64,000 bases of DNA from Methanobacteriota archaeon. GTDB taxonomy: Archaea > Thermoplasmatota > Thermoplasmata > Methanomassiliicoccales > UBA472. A model generated the notes under the pieces. That model worked only from the letters and a program-made list of their open reading frames with translations, did no database searches and had not been told where the DNA came from. Below are positions 17,163 to 25,605 of the stretch, in pieces. Numbering within the stretch: the stretch's first letter is position 1; each line of letters opens with the position of its first letter. Made by a program: the position numbers and the translations under genes. The DNA lies in assembly GCA_021372315.1 (NCBI GenBank), contig JAJFUT010000073.1, positions 29,677-93,676 of the forward strand, read 5' to 3'.

Positions 17163-18893
17163 CTAATTCTTCGCTTGTTCGGGGATGCGATAATTGCCCT
17201 TAGGCACGGTGATCCTGAACCTTGCGCCCTTGCCTGTCGAGCCATCCTCCACGATGTCCATCTGTCCGGTCTTAAGGATCTCCATGCAGAGGAAGAGCCC
17301 AAGGCCCGAATGGGCGCCTACCCCCTTCTCGAAAATGATCCTCTTGTCGTCATCGCGAATGCCGACGCCGTCGTCCTCGTAGATCACCTCGAGGTGATCG
17401 CCATTCTCCAGCGCTCTCAGGGATATCCTGCTCACATCCTTCCCGTGGGTGAGCGAGTTGTCCATCAGGTTGTAGAACACCTTCGAGAGCAATGGGTCAG
17501 CGAGCACCTCGTAACCTCTCGTGTCAGTGGTAAGATCGACCTTCTTTAGGTCCAGAAGCTGATCCATCGCCATGAAGGTCATGTCAAGGGATTGCCATGC
17601 TAGCCCATTGATCCCAAGCTCCTGATAGTCCTTTGCGAAGGATATCTGCCTGTCGATGTTCTGAACCGACCTAAGGCCCGAATCGATATGCCTGACCATG
17701 TCGGGGTCGGTCGTTCTCGAACGCATAAGACCCAGGCGCGCCTCCAATATGATGAGCTGGTTCCTGATGTCGTGCCTCGTGATGGTGTTCAGAAGGTCCA
17801 GCTTCAGATGCGTGGTCCTGGCATCCTCCTCAGCGTTCCATCGCGCGGTGACATCCCTCATGACGACCAGCTTCCCCATCCGAACGCCGGTATGGTCAGT
17901 GATCGCACTGATGTCCATCTCAAAACGCTCCTTTCCGATGCTTATCACCGGCATCTTCCTATCGCTCGATCCATCAGTTATGTCCAACATGTCCTTGGGG
18001 AGCATCGGCAGGACCTTTCTGACATCATCGCACAACGATGTCCGATCTCCGCAGCCAGGGAGGTGACTGGCCGTCCTGTTCATGAACAGGACGCGGTCGT
18101 TCTCGTCGAGGACGATCACACAGTCCTGCATGGTGTTGATCACACGGTCGTTCGCAAAAGGGACCATCTCGAAAAGTTCGAAGCTGAAGGCCCCTACGAA
18201 CAGTGGGATGCTTCCCGCAATGAGCCCGGTCATCACAATGATACCGCCGGGCATGTCCGTCCCCAGGGCGAAGTTTGCCACTATCGTCACGAGCGAAATG
18301 ATCGCCGAGAACGTAACGAGTCCGACGCCGGTCCTGCTTGGCCCCGTCGAATCCAGGTAGTGCCTGGCCATTATCAGGACGCTGTTGAGGACCATGATCA
18401 GGATGTAGGCACAGAAGATGTAGAAGAACGGGCCATACGAAGCATCGAACGAACGGAAGAAATTATCCGAGACCGAGGTGCTCGTGTAGAACAGCTCGTG
18501 ACGGTCGTTCGTCAGCAAGGCCGTCTCGATCAGGACCGCCGGCAGCGACAGGAGGGCCAATCTGCTCGGGGGGATGGCCTTGTTCCCGGTGAATAGGAGC
18601 GCGAAGATCATCAAGAAGATAGGCGCCGAGACATAGCCAGCGAACTCAACGCTGTTCCAGAGCAGCTTATCGCCGATGGTGGAGGAGGACGCACCGAGGT
18701 AGTACCCCCACGATATCAGCGTCTCTGAGATCATAAGGGCGATGAACGGATATCTGAACGAACGCCCGCTCCCGCTCCAGCTGAGATATGAAAGCGAGAT
18801 CGTTATGACCGACATGGTCAGAGCGACCAATGCCAGCAGCGTTATGCCCTCCATCGCAGGTTCAAGATACTTACTGTTATTAAAACCATCCAT
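17163..18893 (-). CDS. Sensor histidine kinase: 7TM N-terminal domain, PAS, HisKA, HATPase_c
   Basis: Seven hydrophobic helices, then a PAS-like segment. H-box TRHDIRNQL, N-box FYNLMDNSLTHG, G-boxes DDGVGI and GLGLFLCMEIL. The ORF extends to 18953; the start is likely 18893 or 18854. Confidence 0.9.
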   Translation of the reverse strand: MDGFNNSKYLEPAMEGITLLALVALTMSVITISLSYLSWSGSGRSFRYPFIALMISETLISWGYYLGASSSTIGDKLLWNSVEFAGYVSAPIFLMIFALLFTGNKAIPPSRLALLSLPAVLIETALLTNDRHELFYTSTSVSDNFFRSFDASYGPFFYIFCAYILIMVLNSVLIMARHYLDSTGPSRTGVGLVTFSAIISLVTIVANFALGTDMPGGIIVMTGLIAGSIPLFVGAFSFELFEMVPFANDRVINTMQDCVIVLDENDRVLFMNRTASHLPGCGDRTSLCDDVRKVLPMLPKDMLDITDGSSDRKMPVISIGKERFEMDISAITDHTGVRMGKLVVMRDVTARWNAEEDARTTHLKLDLLNTITRHDIRNQLIILEARLGLMRSRTTDPDMVRHIDSGLRSVQNIDRQISFAKDYQELGINGLAWQSLDMTFMAMDQLLDLKKVDLTTDTRGYEVLADPLLSKVFYNLMDNSLTHGKDVSRISLRALENGDHLEVIYEDDGVGIRDDDKRIIFEKGVGAHSGLGLFLCMEILKTGQMDIVEDGSTGKGARFRITVPKGNYRIPEQAKN

Positions 18894-19034
18894 TTCAAAA
18901 ATTAATGGAGAAGAACCATGAGCAGTGGAACTCGTACCTGCCCTTCGGAACATTGGTCCTGGAACGCGCCGTCAACGCCCAACTTGAAAAAAAAAGATGG
19001 AAATGGTTTGGCCGGCCATTGGGCCGATCGGCGT

Positions 19035-20534
19035 TCACTCGCCCCTCTTTCCAGTGAGCAACGACACGCCGATCATCGCCGCGAACCCCAGGGGCACGCT
19101 GACTATGCCCGGGTTCGTCAGCGGGAAGAGCGGGTCGTCCATGTACGTAGGGCTGACGGCGATGAGCACCAGCGCGCTCACGAGGCCGACGGCTATCCCC
19201 GATACGATGCCCCTGTCCGTGGCCTTCTTCCAGAAAAGCACTCCGATCAGGGCGGGTATGTTCGCGGAGGCTGCGAGGGCGAATGCCAGGCCGACGAGGA
19301 AGGCGACGTTCTGCCCCTTCATCACCATGCCCAGGGCGATCGCCAGCAGTCCGACGCCAACGGCCGTTATCTTCGACACCCTCAGGGCGGACTTGTCCGA
19401 CTTCTTCTTCCCGAGTATCTCGGTGTAGATGTCGTGCGCGATGGCCCCGGCCGATGCCATGATCAGCCCAGACACCGTCCCCAATATCGTGGCGAACGCT
19501 ATCGACGATATGAGCGCGAAGAACAGCTCCCCGCCTATGAAGTTGGCCAGCGTCGGCGCCGCGAGGTTGGAGTCCGTGACGATGAACTTACCCTGCCCCG
19601 CGAAGTAGTTCGTGCCAAGTCCCAGATACAGCATGAGGACGTAGAACACCCCCATCAGTACGATGGCTACCACCGTCGACTTCCTCGCATCCGAGGGCTT
19701 CGGTACGGTGTAGTACCTGATCAGGACGTGCGGCAGCGCCGCCGTTCCGAGCAGCAGCGCCAGGCACAGCGAGGCGAAGTCCCACGGGTCATTGAACTTA
19801 AGACCGGGCGATAGGAACGCGTCGCCTGTATGCGCCAGTCCTCCAGTCGCCGGATTGGCCGCTCCATTGTCTAGGAAGTTCTGTATGAACTCGAGCGGGC
19901 CGAACCCGGAGACAACAAGGACACCGATCGTCAGCGCTATGACGGCGATGAACAGCAGGAGCGCCTTGATGAACTGCACCCAGGTCGTGCTGACCATGCC
20001 GGCCGTGGCCACGATCAATATCACGATGCCACCGACTATCAGCACCCCCCATTCATAGGGGAAGCCGAGCAGAGGCTGAATGATCGTCCCTGCGCCCACC
20101 ATCTGCGGGATCAGGTAGAATATGCTCACGACGAGCGTGCTTATCGCAGCTGCCAGCCTCACGGACTTGCTCTTGAACTTCGAGACGAGGGCGTCGGCGA
20201 AGGTGTACTTGCCCATGACCCTCAGCGGTTCGGCTATCAAGAACAGCGCGACGATCCATCCGGCCAGGAAACCTATGCCGTAGATGAACCCGTCGAAACC
20301 GCTGAACGCGATCATTCCGGCTATGCCAAGGAACGACGCCGCGCTGAGGTAATCACCAGCGAACGCCACGCCGTTGACGAACCACTTCACGCTGCCTCCC
20401 GCGGTGTAATAATGACCTGCGGTACGCACCCTTCTCGAGAAATATGTCGAGATCGCAAGCGTGACCATCACGATGATGACGAACAGCGTGAAGGCCAATG
20501 GCTTGAAATCGTTGGCTAATGCTTCTGCAACCAT
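19035..20534 (-). CDS. actP: Cation/acetate symporter (SSF family, ActP-like)
   Basis: AGHYYTAGGSVKWFVNGVAFAGDYLSAASFLGIAGMIAFSGFDGFIYGIGFLAGW is the ActP N-terminal signature. About 13 TM segments. Confidence 0.85.
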   Translation of the reverse strand: MVAEALANDFKPLAFTLFVIIVMVTLAISTYFSRRVRTAGHYYTAGGSVKWFVNGVAFAGDYLSAASFLGIAGMIAFSGFDGFIYGIGFLAGWIVALFLIAEPLRVMGKYTFADALVSKFKSKSVRLAAAISTLVVSIFYLIPQMVGAGTIIQPLLGFPYEWGVLIVGGIVILIVATAGMVSTTWVQFIKALLLFIAVIALTIGVLVVSGFGPLEFIQNFLDNGAANPATGGLAHTGDAFLSPGLKFNDPWDFASLCLALLLGTAALPHVLIRYYTVPKPSDARKSTVVAIVLMGVFYVLMLYLGLGTNYFAGQGKFIVTDSNLAAPTLANFIGGELFFALISSIAFATILGTVSGLIMASAGAIAHDIYTEILGKKKSDKSALRVSKITAVGVGLLAIALGMVMKGQNVAFLVGLAFALAASANIPALIGVLFWKKATDRGIVSGIAVGLVSALVLIAVSPTYMDDPLFPLTNPGIVSVPLGFAAMIGVSLLTGKRGE

Positions 20535-20537
20535 GCT

Positions 20538-21263
20538 TCAAGCCTCCTGGGCCTTCTCCATCTTGATGGCATACCAGTTGAACACGACGGCCATGACTAT
20601 CGCAAGTATGATCGCTGCGAATCCCAAGACCAGTCCGACGTTGAGACCAAGCAGCCTCTCGGACATGACGCCTCTTTCAAAGGCGCCGAGGATCATGAGC
20701 AAAGCGTAGAATGCCACATATACGGCGAACAGGACGAGCCCGACCTTGAACTGCTTCGTGGAGGTGATCGACTCCACCGTCTTCGGCTTCTTCTTGCCGT
20801 CGATCCTACGCGCGAGCATCAAAGCCTCCCTCCCCTGCTCCTTGGTGGGGTTGATCGTGAGGACCTCGCATTTTGCGTGCTTAGCGACGCTCTTCGCGAC
20901 ATCTCCAAGATACAGTCCCGCCAGTCCGGACGGTGCGGAGCTGCCCATGACGATGGTCTGGACGCCCATCGCATTGGAGACGTTGATGATCTCGCCGGAC
21001 ACAGGTCCTTCCCGAACGACCTCGTCGTAGGGAACGCCCTCCTGCTTGGCAAGCTCCCGTGCGAAGGCCATTCCATCGATGTCGGGGCATCTCTTCAGGG
21101 TGACGTTCCCTGCCTGCTGCTCTATCTCGGTCGATGGCGTGGACTCGATGACGGTGAGGATGATCAGTTTTGCCTTCCTCTCCTTCGCCATCTTGACCGC
21201 TTCGATCGTCGCGACGAGCGCTGGCAACGAGCTGTCCGTCGGCAGCAGAATTTTCTGCTCCAT
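20538..21263 (-). CDS. Universal stress protein (USP) domain fused to a DUF485 (YjcH-like) two-TM domain
   Basis: N-terminus has ILLPTDSSLPA...LIILTVIES...TIVMGSSAPSGLAGLYLGDVAKSVAKHAKCEVL (USP). C-terminus has FKVGLVLFAVYVAFYALLMILGAFERGVM...LNVGLVLGFAAIILAIVMAVVFNWYAIKME (DUF485 pattern). Ends 3 nt before actP. Confidence 0.75.
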   Translation of the reverse strand: MEQKILLPTDSSLPALVATIEAVKMAKERKAKLIILTVIESTPSTEIEQQAGNVTLKRCPDIDGMAFARELAKQEGVPYDEVVREGPVSGEIINVSNAMGVQTIVMGSSAPSGLAGLYLGDVAKSVAKHAKCEVLTINPTKEQGREALMLARRIDGKKKPKTVESITSTKQFKVGLVLFAVYVAFYALLMILGAFERGVMSERLLGLNVGLVLGFAAIILAIVMAVVFNWYAIKMEKAQEA

Positions 21264-21500
21264 CAGATTCCCCCTCCTCCGTTCAGCGTCCTTTCGTCCG
21301 ATAGCATGGCAAGGTCCCGCTTCGTTCCTACGTCACCGTAGTTCCTCGGCGAAACCCCCCACCCTAAGAAGTTGCCTTTCGAGGCTTGAGGGGCTCCGGT
21401 GGGAGAGCGTCTCCTCCTTCTCCTGCCTGGATGGTCGAATGCATCCTGCATGGCAGGCGCTTACTCGATGGTCCTTACTTAAAACTATGCAAAATACACT

Positions 21501-21543
21501 ACGATACTTGTCGATTTACCTCATAATTTCAACGATAATCGTA
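21501..21543 (-). promoter_or_regulatory. Two copies of an ACGATA-N-T-N-GTCGA-like motif upstream of the USP-DUF485/actP operon, shared with the acs upstream region
   Basis: ACGATACTTGTCGA (21501-21514) and ATTTCAACGATAATCGT (21526-21542). A 14-nt exact match (ATTTCAACGATAAT) recurs at 62920-62933. Confidence 0.45.
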
Positions 21544-21700
21544 TTTTATGTGCGTTATACTGATAAAAAGTGAACATATGTCGGGGAATAACAACGTCGT
21601 ATGACGATACAACATAAAAAAAGAAGAGCTCCAAGGCCTGCGCTGGACGCAGATGCTCGATGAGGAAAAATGAACGACGGTCGAAGGAGCGGTTCGAGAC

Positions 21701-22027
21701 TCAGCCGCGAGCCTGCCTTCGATTGAAAGCAGCGATCGCCTGCCGGACCGTCCCTTCCTCGTCAGTGATTATCTTGATGCCCTTCGACTCCAGCTTCCTG
21801 ACGCCGTGCGGTCCTATGAATCCAGTGATCACGGCCTCGGGCTTCAGCTTGAGAACGTTCTCGGCAGTCTGAATTCCGTAACCGATGTCCGTGTCGACGA
21901 GGACGTTGTCGAACACGTCGACCTTCAGGGTCTCAGTGTCGACGATGAGGAGAAAAGGGGCATGCCCGAACTCCTCGGCGACCAAGGCATCGATGTCCGT
22001 CCCTTCCGCGGTCACGCATACCTTCAC
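21701..22027 (-). CDS. NifB/NifX-like (dinitrogenase FeMo-cofactor binding fold) small protein
   Basis: MKVCVTAEGTDIDALVAEEFGHAPFLLIVD...EAVITGFIGPHGVRKLESKGIKI matches the Nitro_FeMo-Co domain pattern. Confidence 0.75.
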   Translation of the reverse strand: MKVCVTAEGTDIDALVAEEFGHAPFLLIVDTETLKVDVFDNVLVDTDIGYGIQTAENVLKLKPEAVITGFIGPHGVRKLESKGIKIITDEEGTVRQAIAAFNRRQARG

Positions 22028-22031
22028 GCGC

Positions 22032-22892
22032 TCACCTCTTGACAGGCTTTCTAGGAGGAAGGGATTCGACGGTCTCCTTCAGCTTGTCGGCGATCAGTTG
22101 GAACGCGACAGCGCCTTCGGATTCGGGCGCCCCTAGCACGACAGGCCTCCCGTCATCGCCAGCAGGTACCATGGCCATGTCGATCGGTATCCTGCCGAGG
22201 AACGGCACTCCAAGGTCCTTCGCGGCCTTCTCCCCGCCCCCCATCTTGAACAGGTCGATCCGCTCCCCGCAATGAGGGCACTTGAAGCCGGACATGTTCT
22301 CGATCACTCCCAGCACTGGCAATCCGAGCTTCTTTGCGAACATGACGGATTTCCTCGAGTCTAGGAGCGCAACGTCCTGAGGGGTCGTGACGATGACCGC
22401 GCCGTCCGCCTCGGGAATGAGCTGCGCGATGCTCAGCGGCTCGTCGCCGGTTCCTGGCGGGAGGTCGATGACCAGATAGTCAAGCTTCCCCCAGTTCACG
22501 TCTGTCAGGAACTGCCTGATCGCCCCCATCTTCGCAGGCCCCCTCCAGACGACCGGGGCGTCCTTGTCCGAGATCAGGAATGCCATCGAGATCGCCTTCA
22601 GGTGAGGGGTCACCTCCACTGGGAATATGCCCTCGTCGTCGGCCATCAATGGGGCGTCCTCGACGCCTAGCATCTTCGGCACGTTCGGACCCGTTATGTC
22701 AACGTCCAGGATGCCGGTCTCGTACCCGCGCATCGCCAGGGACATCGCGAGGTTCGTCGCTACGGTGCTCTTTCCAACGCCGCCCTTGCCGCTCATGATG
22801 ATGATCTTGTGCTTTATCTGTGCCAGTCTCTTCATGAGCTTGACGTCCTCGCTCTGGACCGTCTCAACGTTAATCTCGTTTCCTTGTTCCAT
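22032..22892 (-). CDS. Mrp/NBP35/ApbC-family Fe-S cluster carrier ATPase
   Basis: [20 protein letters not shown] deviant Walker [10 protein letters not shown], and the CPHCG Cys pair. The ORF extends to 22961, but the conserved region begins after the ATG at 22892. Confidence 0.9.
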   Translation of the reverse strand: MEQGNEINVETVQSEDVKLMKRLAQIKHKIIIMSGKGGVGKSTVATNLAMSLAMRGYETGILDVDITGPNVPKMLGVEDAPLMADDEGIFPVEVTPHLKAISMAFLISDKDAPVVWRGPAKMGAIRQFLTDVNWGKLDYLVIDLPPGTGDEPLSIAQLIPEADGAVIVTTPQDVALLDSRKSVMFAKKLGLPVLGVIENMSGFKCPHCGERIDLFKMGGGEKAAKDLGVPFLGRIPIDMAMVPAGDDGRPVVLGAPESEGAVAFQLIADKLKETVESLPPRKPVKR

Positions 22893-23001
22893 GGTATCAC
22901 TGTCAATCGAGGTCCTGCGGTCAGGATACCGACGAATAAACACCCTTCCGTATAAAACCAATGGCTAACTTGCTTCGGTCAGGATGGTCATAATCAAAGG
23001 A

Positions 23002-24087
23002 TCATGCGTATCTCTGGACCAGGTCGTCGACGATCCTCTTCGAGGCGTCCCCTCCTCCCAGGCAGGGCGTCCAGTCCGCAGTTCTCGAGAGCATGGTCCT
23101 GGCCGCCTCGGCTATGGCATCTGGGTGCGTGCCGGACAGCATGTTCGCTCCGACCTCGACGGTCTCGGGGCGTTCGGTCGAGTCCCTCATGGTCACACAG
23201 GGGACGTTCAGGATGCACCCTTCCTCCTGCAATCCGCCTGAATCTGTAATGAGCAATCTTGCCTTGGACTCCAGTTGCAGGAAGTCTAGGTATCCGACCG
23301 GCTCGACGAGCATTATGCGGTCGGGGAGCGAGATGGCGAACCTCTCGATGTTCTTCCTGGTCCTGGGATGGATCGGCATGAGCACGGGCAGCCCCGATTC
23401 CTCCGAAGCGATCTCGAGACCCCTCAGCAACCCTTTCAGCCTCGATCCGTCCTCGACGTTCTCCTGCCTGTGCGAGGTCGCGAGGATATAGCCGCCGGCC
23501 TTGAGCCCGAAGGTGCTCAGAACGTTCGACCTCCTGTCGGAGATGTCCAGGTTCTGCCTGACGGCGTCGACGATCGTGTTTCCGGTGACGACTATCCTGT
23601 TCTCGGGAATGCCTTCCGCCAGGAGATTGGCCTTCGATCTCTGGGTGGGAGGGTAGAGAATGTCCGAGATGTGGTCGACCATGACCCTATTGATCTCCTC
23701 TGGCATGTGCCGGTCGAACGATCTCAGACCCGCTTCCACATGACCTACGTCGATGCCGAGCTTCGCCGCGGCGATGGCACCTGCGAGGACGGTGTTCGTG
23801 TCCCCCTGGACGAGGACAGCGTCCGGTCTATCGCCGACGAGCGCGCTCTCGATGCCGACAAGGATCGATCCCGTCTGCTTGGCGTGGGTTCCTGAACCCA
23901 CGTTGAGATTGTACTTCGCGTCGTCCAGCTCCAGGTCCTTGAAGAAGACCCTGTCCATCTCATAGGAATAATGCTGCCCCGTGTGGATGACGTAATGCTC
24001 TATCGAACGGGACCTGAGCTCTCTTATGACAGGGGACATCTTGATCATCTCTGGCCTTGTGCCCAGAACGACGCATATCTTCATCAC
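23002..24087 (-). CDS. wecB: UDP-N-acetylglucosamine 2-epimerase (non-hydrolysing)
   Basis: KICVVLGTRPEMIKMSPV...HTGQHYSYEM...VQGDTNTVLAGA...HVEAGLRS...TDSGGLQEE. Confidence 0.9.
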   Translation of the reverse strand: MMKICVVLGTRPEMIKMSPVIRELRSRSIEHYVIHTGQHYSYEMDRVFFKDLELDDAKYNLNVGSGTHAKQTGSILVGIESALVGDRPDAVLVQGDTNTVLAGAIAAAKLGIDVGHVEAGLRSFDRHMPEEINRVMVDHISDILYPPTQRSKANLLAEGIPENRIVVTGNTIVDAVRQNLDISDRRSNVLSTFGLKAGGYILATSHRQENVEDGSRLKGLLRGLEIASEESGLPVLMPIHPRTRKNIERFAISLPDRIMLVEPVGYLDFLQLESKARLLITDSGGLQEEGCILNVPCVTMRDSTERPETVEVGANMLSGTHPDAIAEAARTMLSRTADWTPCLGGGDASKRIVDDLVQRYA

Positions 24088-24093
24088 GACACC

Positions 24094-24879
24094 TCAACCT
24101 AGCAGCGCGCTGACATTCTTCGACATCCTCGAGATGTCCAACCAGGGGAGCACCCTCCGGATCTCGTCCTTCCTATCGACCAGGTCGCTCGCGAGCACGA
24201 AATCGTGGCATAGCAGCTCCTTGACGTCCGAACGCTTCAGGTCCATCGCCGTTATCGGATATAGCCTATGCTCCTCGATGATGTCCTCCAGGCTCTTCTC
24301 CTCAGGGTATCTCCAGCCCAGAAGTCCGATGTTCATGCATCTCGCATATTGGACCACATCGCTCGAGAAACGGGTGTTGGTCACTAGCCAGACCCGCTCG
24401 AGGTTCTCGATGTTCTGCAGGTCGAGGAAACGGCCGAACGTGTAAAGGGCCGTCTGGATCGAGCACTTGATCCCCTGCGAGTTGTGGAACTTGCATTCGA
24501 CGGTCTCCTTACGGCCGTCCTTCAGCAGCACGACGTCGACCTCGTGCTGGACGCATTGACCTTGGACCATCTGTCTGATCTTAGTCTCATAGCCTAGCGA
24601 TTCGAATATCTTGGCCGTGAACGTCTCGAACGCGTAGCCGTCCGGTCCGAGGTTCATGATGGCCTTCTTGAGCCCGAACTTGACCTTGCGCTCGGCATCG
24701 AGCATCATGTTCAGCTTGCGATAGATCTCCTCCGTGGAGATCCCGTCATAAAGATGAATGCGTAGCTTCTCGATTATCGCATCCGCCTCCGACTGGGACA
24801 TGCCCGACTTCATCAGGGAGGCCCTGGTCTTCCTGGGGTCGTACTGCTCCCTCTCTCCCGATCGCTTGATGACTAACAT
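24094..24879 (-). CDS. ATP-cone domain fused to an Mrr-like (PD-(D/E)xK) restriction-endonuclease domain
   Basis: MLVIKRSGEREQYDPRKTRASL...ISTEEIYRKL is the ATP-cone. GYAFETFTAKIFESLGYE...HEVDVVLL...ETVECKFH...VWLVTNTRFSS is the Mrr_cat core with D and ExK. The ORF extends to 24975; the conserved ATP-cone begins at the ATG at 24879. Confidence 0.7.
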   Translation of the reverse strand: MLVIKRSGEREQYDPRKTRASLMKSGMSQSEADAIIEKLRIHLYDGISTEEIYRKLNMMLDAERKVKFGLKKAIMNLGPDGYAFETFTAKIFESLGYETKIRQMVQGQCVQHEVDVVLLKDGRKETVECKFHNSQGIKCSIQTALYTFGRFLDLQNIENLERVWLVTNTRFSSDVVQYARCMNIGLLGWRYPEEKSLEDIIEEHRLYPITAMDLKRSDVKELLCHDFVLASDLVDRKDEIRRVLPWLDISRMSKNVSALLG

Positions 24880-24937
24880 ATCAGGCCTGTGACTAGAATA
24901 CCTTGAGGGATGATAATCATTGCTCGTGGTCTGGGGC

Positions 24938-25483
24938 TCAAAAAACCTTGGCCCTCTTGCCAAGGAGCGAGGCATCGGGCTCGAACTCGTTGACCTCGTC
25001 CACCTTCGTCGGGTCCATGACCTGCAGCGGGGACAGGTCCTTCTCTTGACCGTCGACGCAGCTTCCCGAGTCCCACTTTATCGTGTTCATGTCCTTCTTG
25101 AAGAGCATGGTCTGCCCGTTCTTCCAGGTGACCAGGAGATTGATGACCCCGGCCTTGACCTCGAGATTGAGGTTCTTCATCACTGACGTGTAGGTCGCGG
25201 CCTTGCCCCTGCCGGACGTCCTGGAGGCGCCGCATTTCGTCATGAGGCCGATGTTCTCCATCTGATAGACGAGCTTGTAGCATGTGGCTATAGGTAGGTT
25301 CACTGCCGGTGATATGTCGCTCACCGTCATGCACCTCCTAGAGGTTATCCCAAGGATGAACATTGCCACAGGGTCGATGACGATGTGGGCGATCTCCTTG
25401 CGGTCCTGTTTGTTTAAAAGTTCTATCGATGAGAGGACAGCATACTCAGTCGTCCTACTCTCCCCTTCGTAAATACCCACCAA
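24938..25483 (-). CDS. Winged-helix (ArsR/TrmB-like) transcriptional regulator with a beta-rich C-terminal domain
   Basis: DPVAMFILGITSRRCMTVSDISPAVNLPIATCYKLVYQMENIGLMT resembles a wHTH recognition unit. Confidence 0.55.
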   Translation of the reverse strand: MVGIYEGESRTTEYAVLSSIELLNKQDRKEIAHIVIDPVAMFILGITSRRCMTVSDISPAVNLPIATCYKLVYQMENIGLMTKCGASRTSGRGKAATYTSVMKNLNLEVKAGVINLLVTWKNGQTMLFKKDMNTIKWDSGSCVDGQEKDLSPLQVMDPTKVDEVNEFEPDASLLGKRAKVF

Positions 25484-25605
25484 ATCCCCCGTACATCAAT
25501 CAAAGGTCGGGGTTTAAATCTTTCTGTATATCTTATTTTCAAAAGCTGGACCGTATGTTTTATTGTTAAACGGAGAATAAATAAAAAAGAGGTTCGGCGG
25601 GTCGT

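Noticed and set aside
17688-19814. Long plus-strand ORFs (302 aa at 17688..18596; 298 aa at 18918..19814) opposite the histidine kinase and actP
   Set aside because: They are antisense to strongly supported membrane-protein genes. They are extremely R/D/H/G/E rich, as expected from reverse-reading hydrophobic GC-rich codons.
21263-21451. 62-aa Arg-rich ORF ending in TGATG overlap with the USP-DUF485 start
   Set aside because: GRRRRRRSPTGAPQ... is not protein-like. It is kept only as a possible regulatory uORF within the leader finding, not as a gene.
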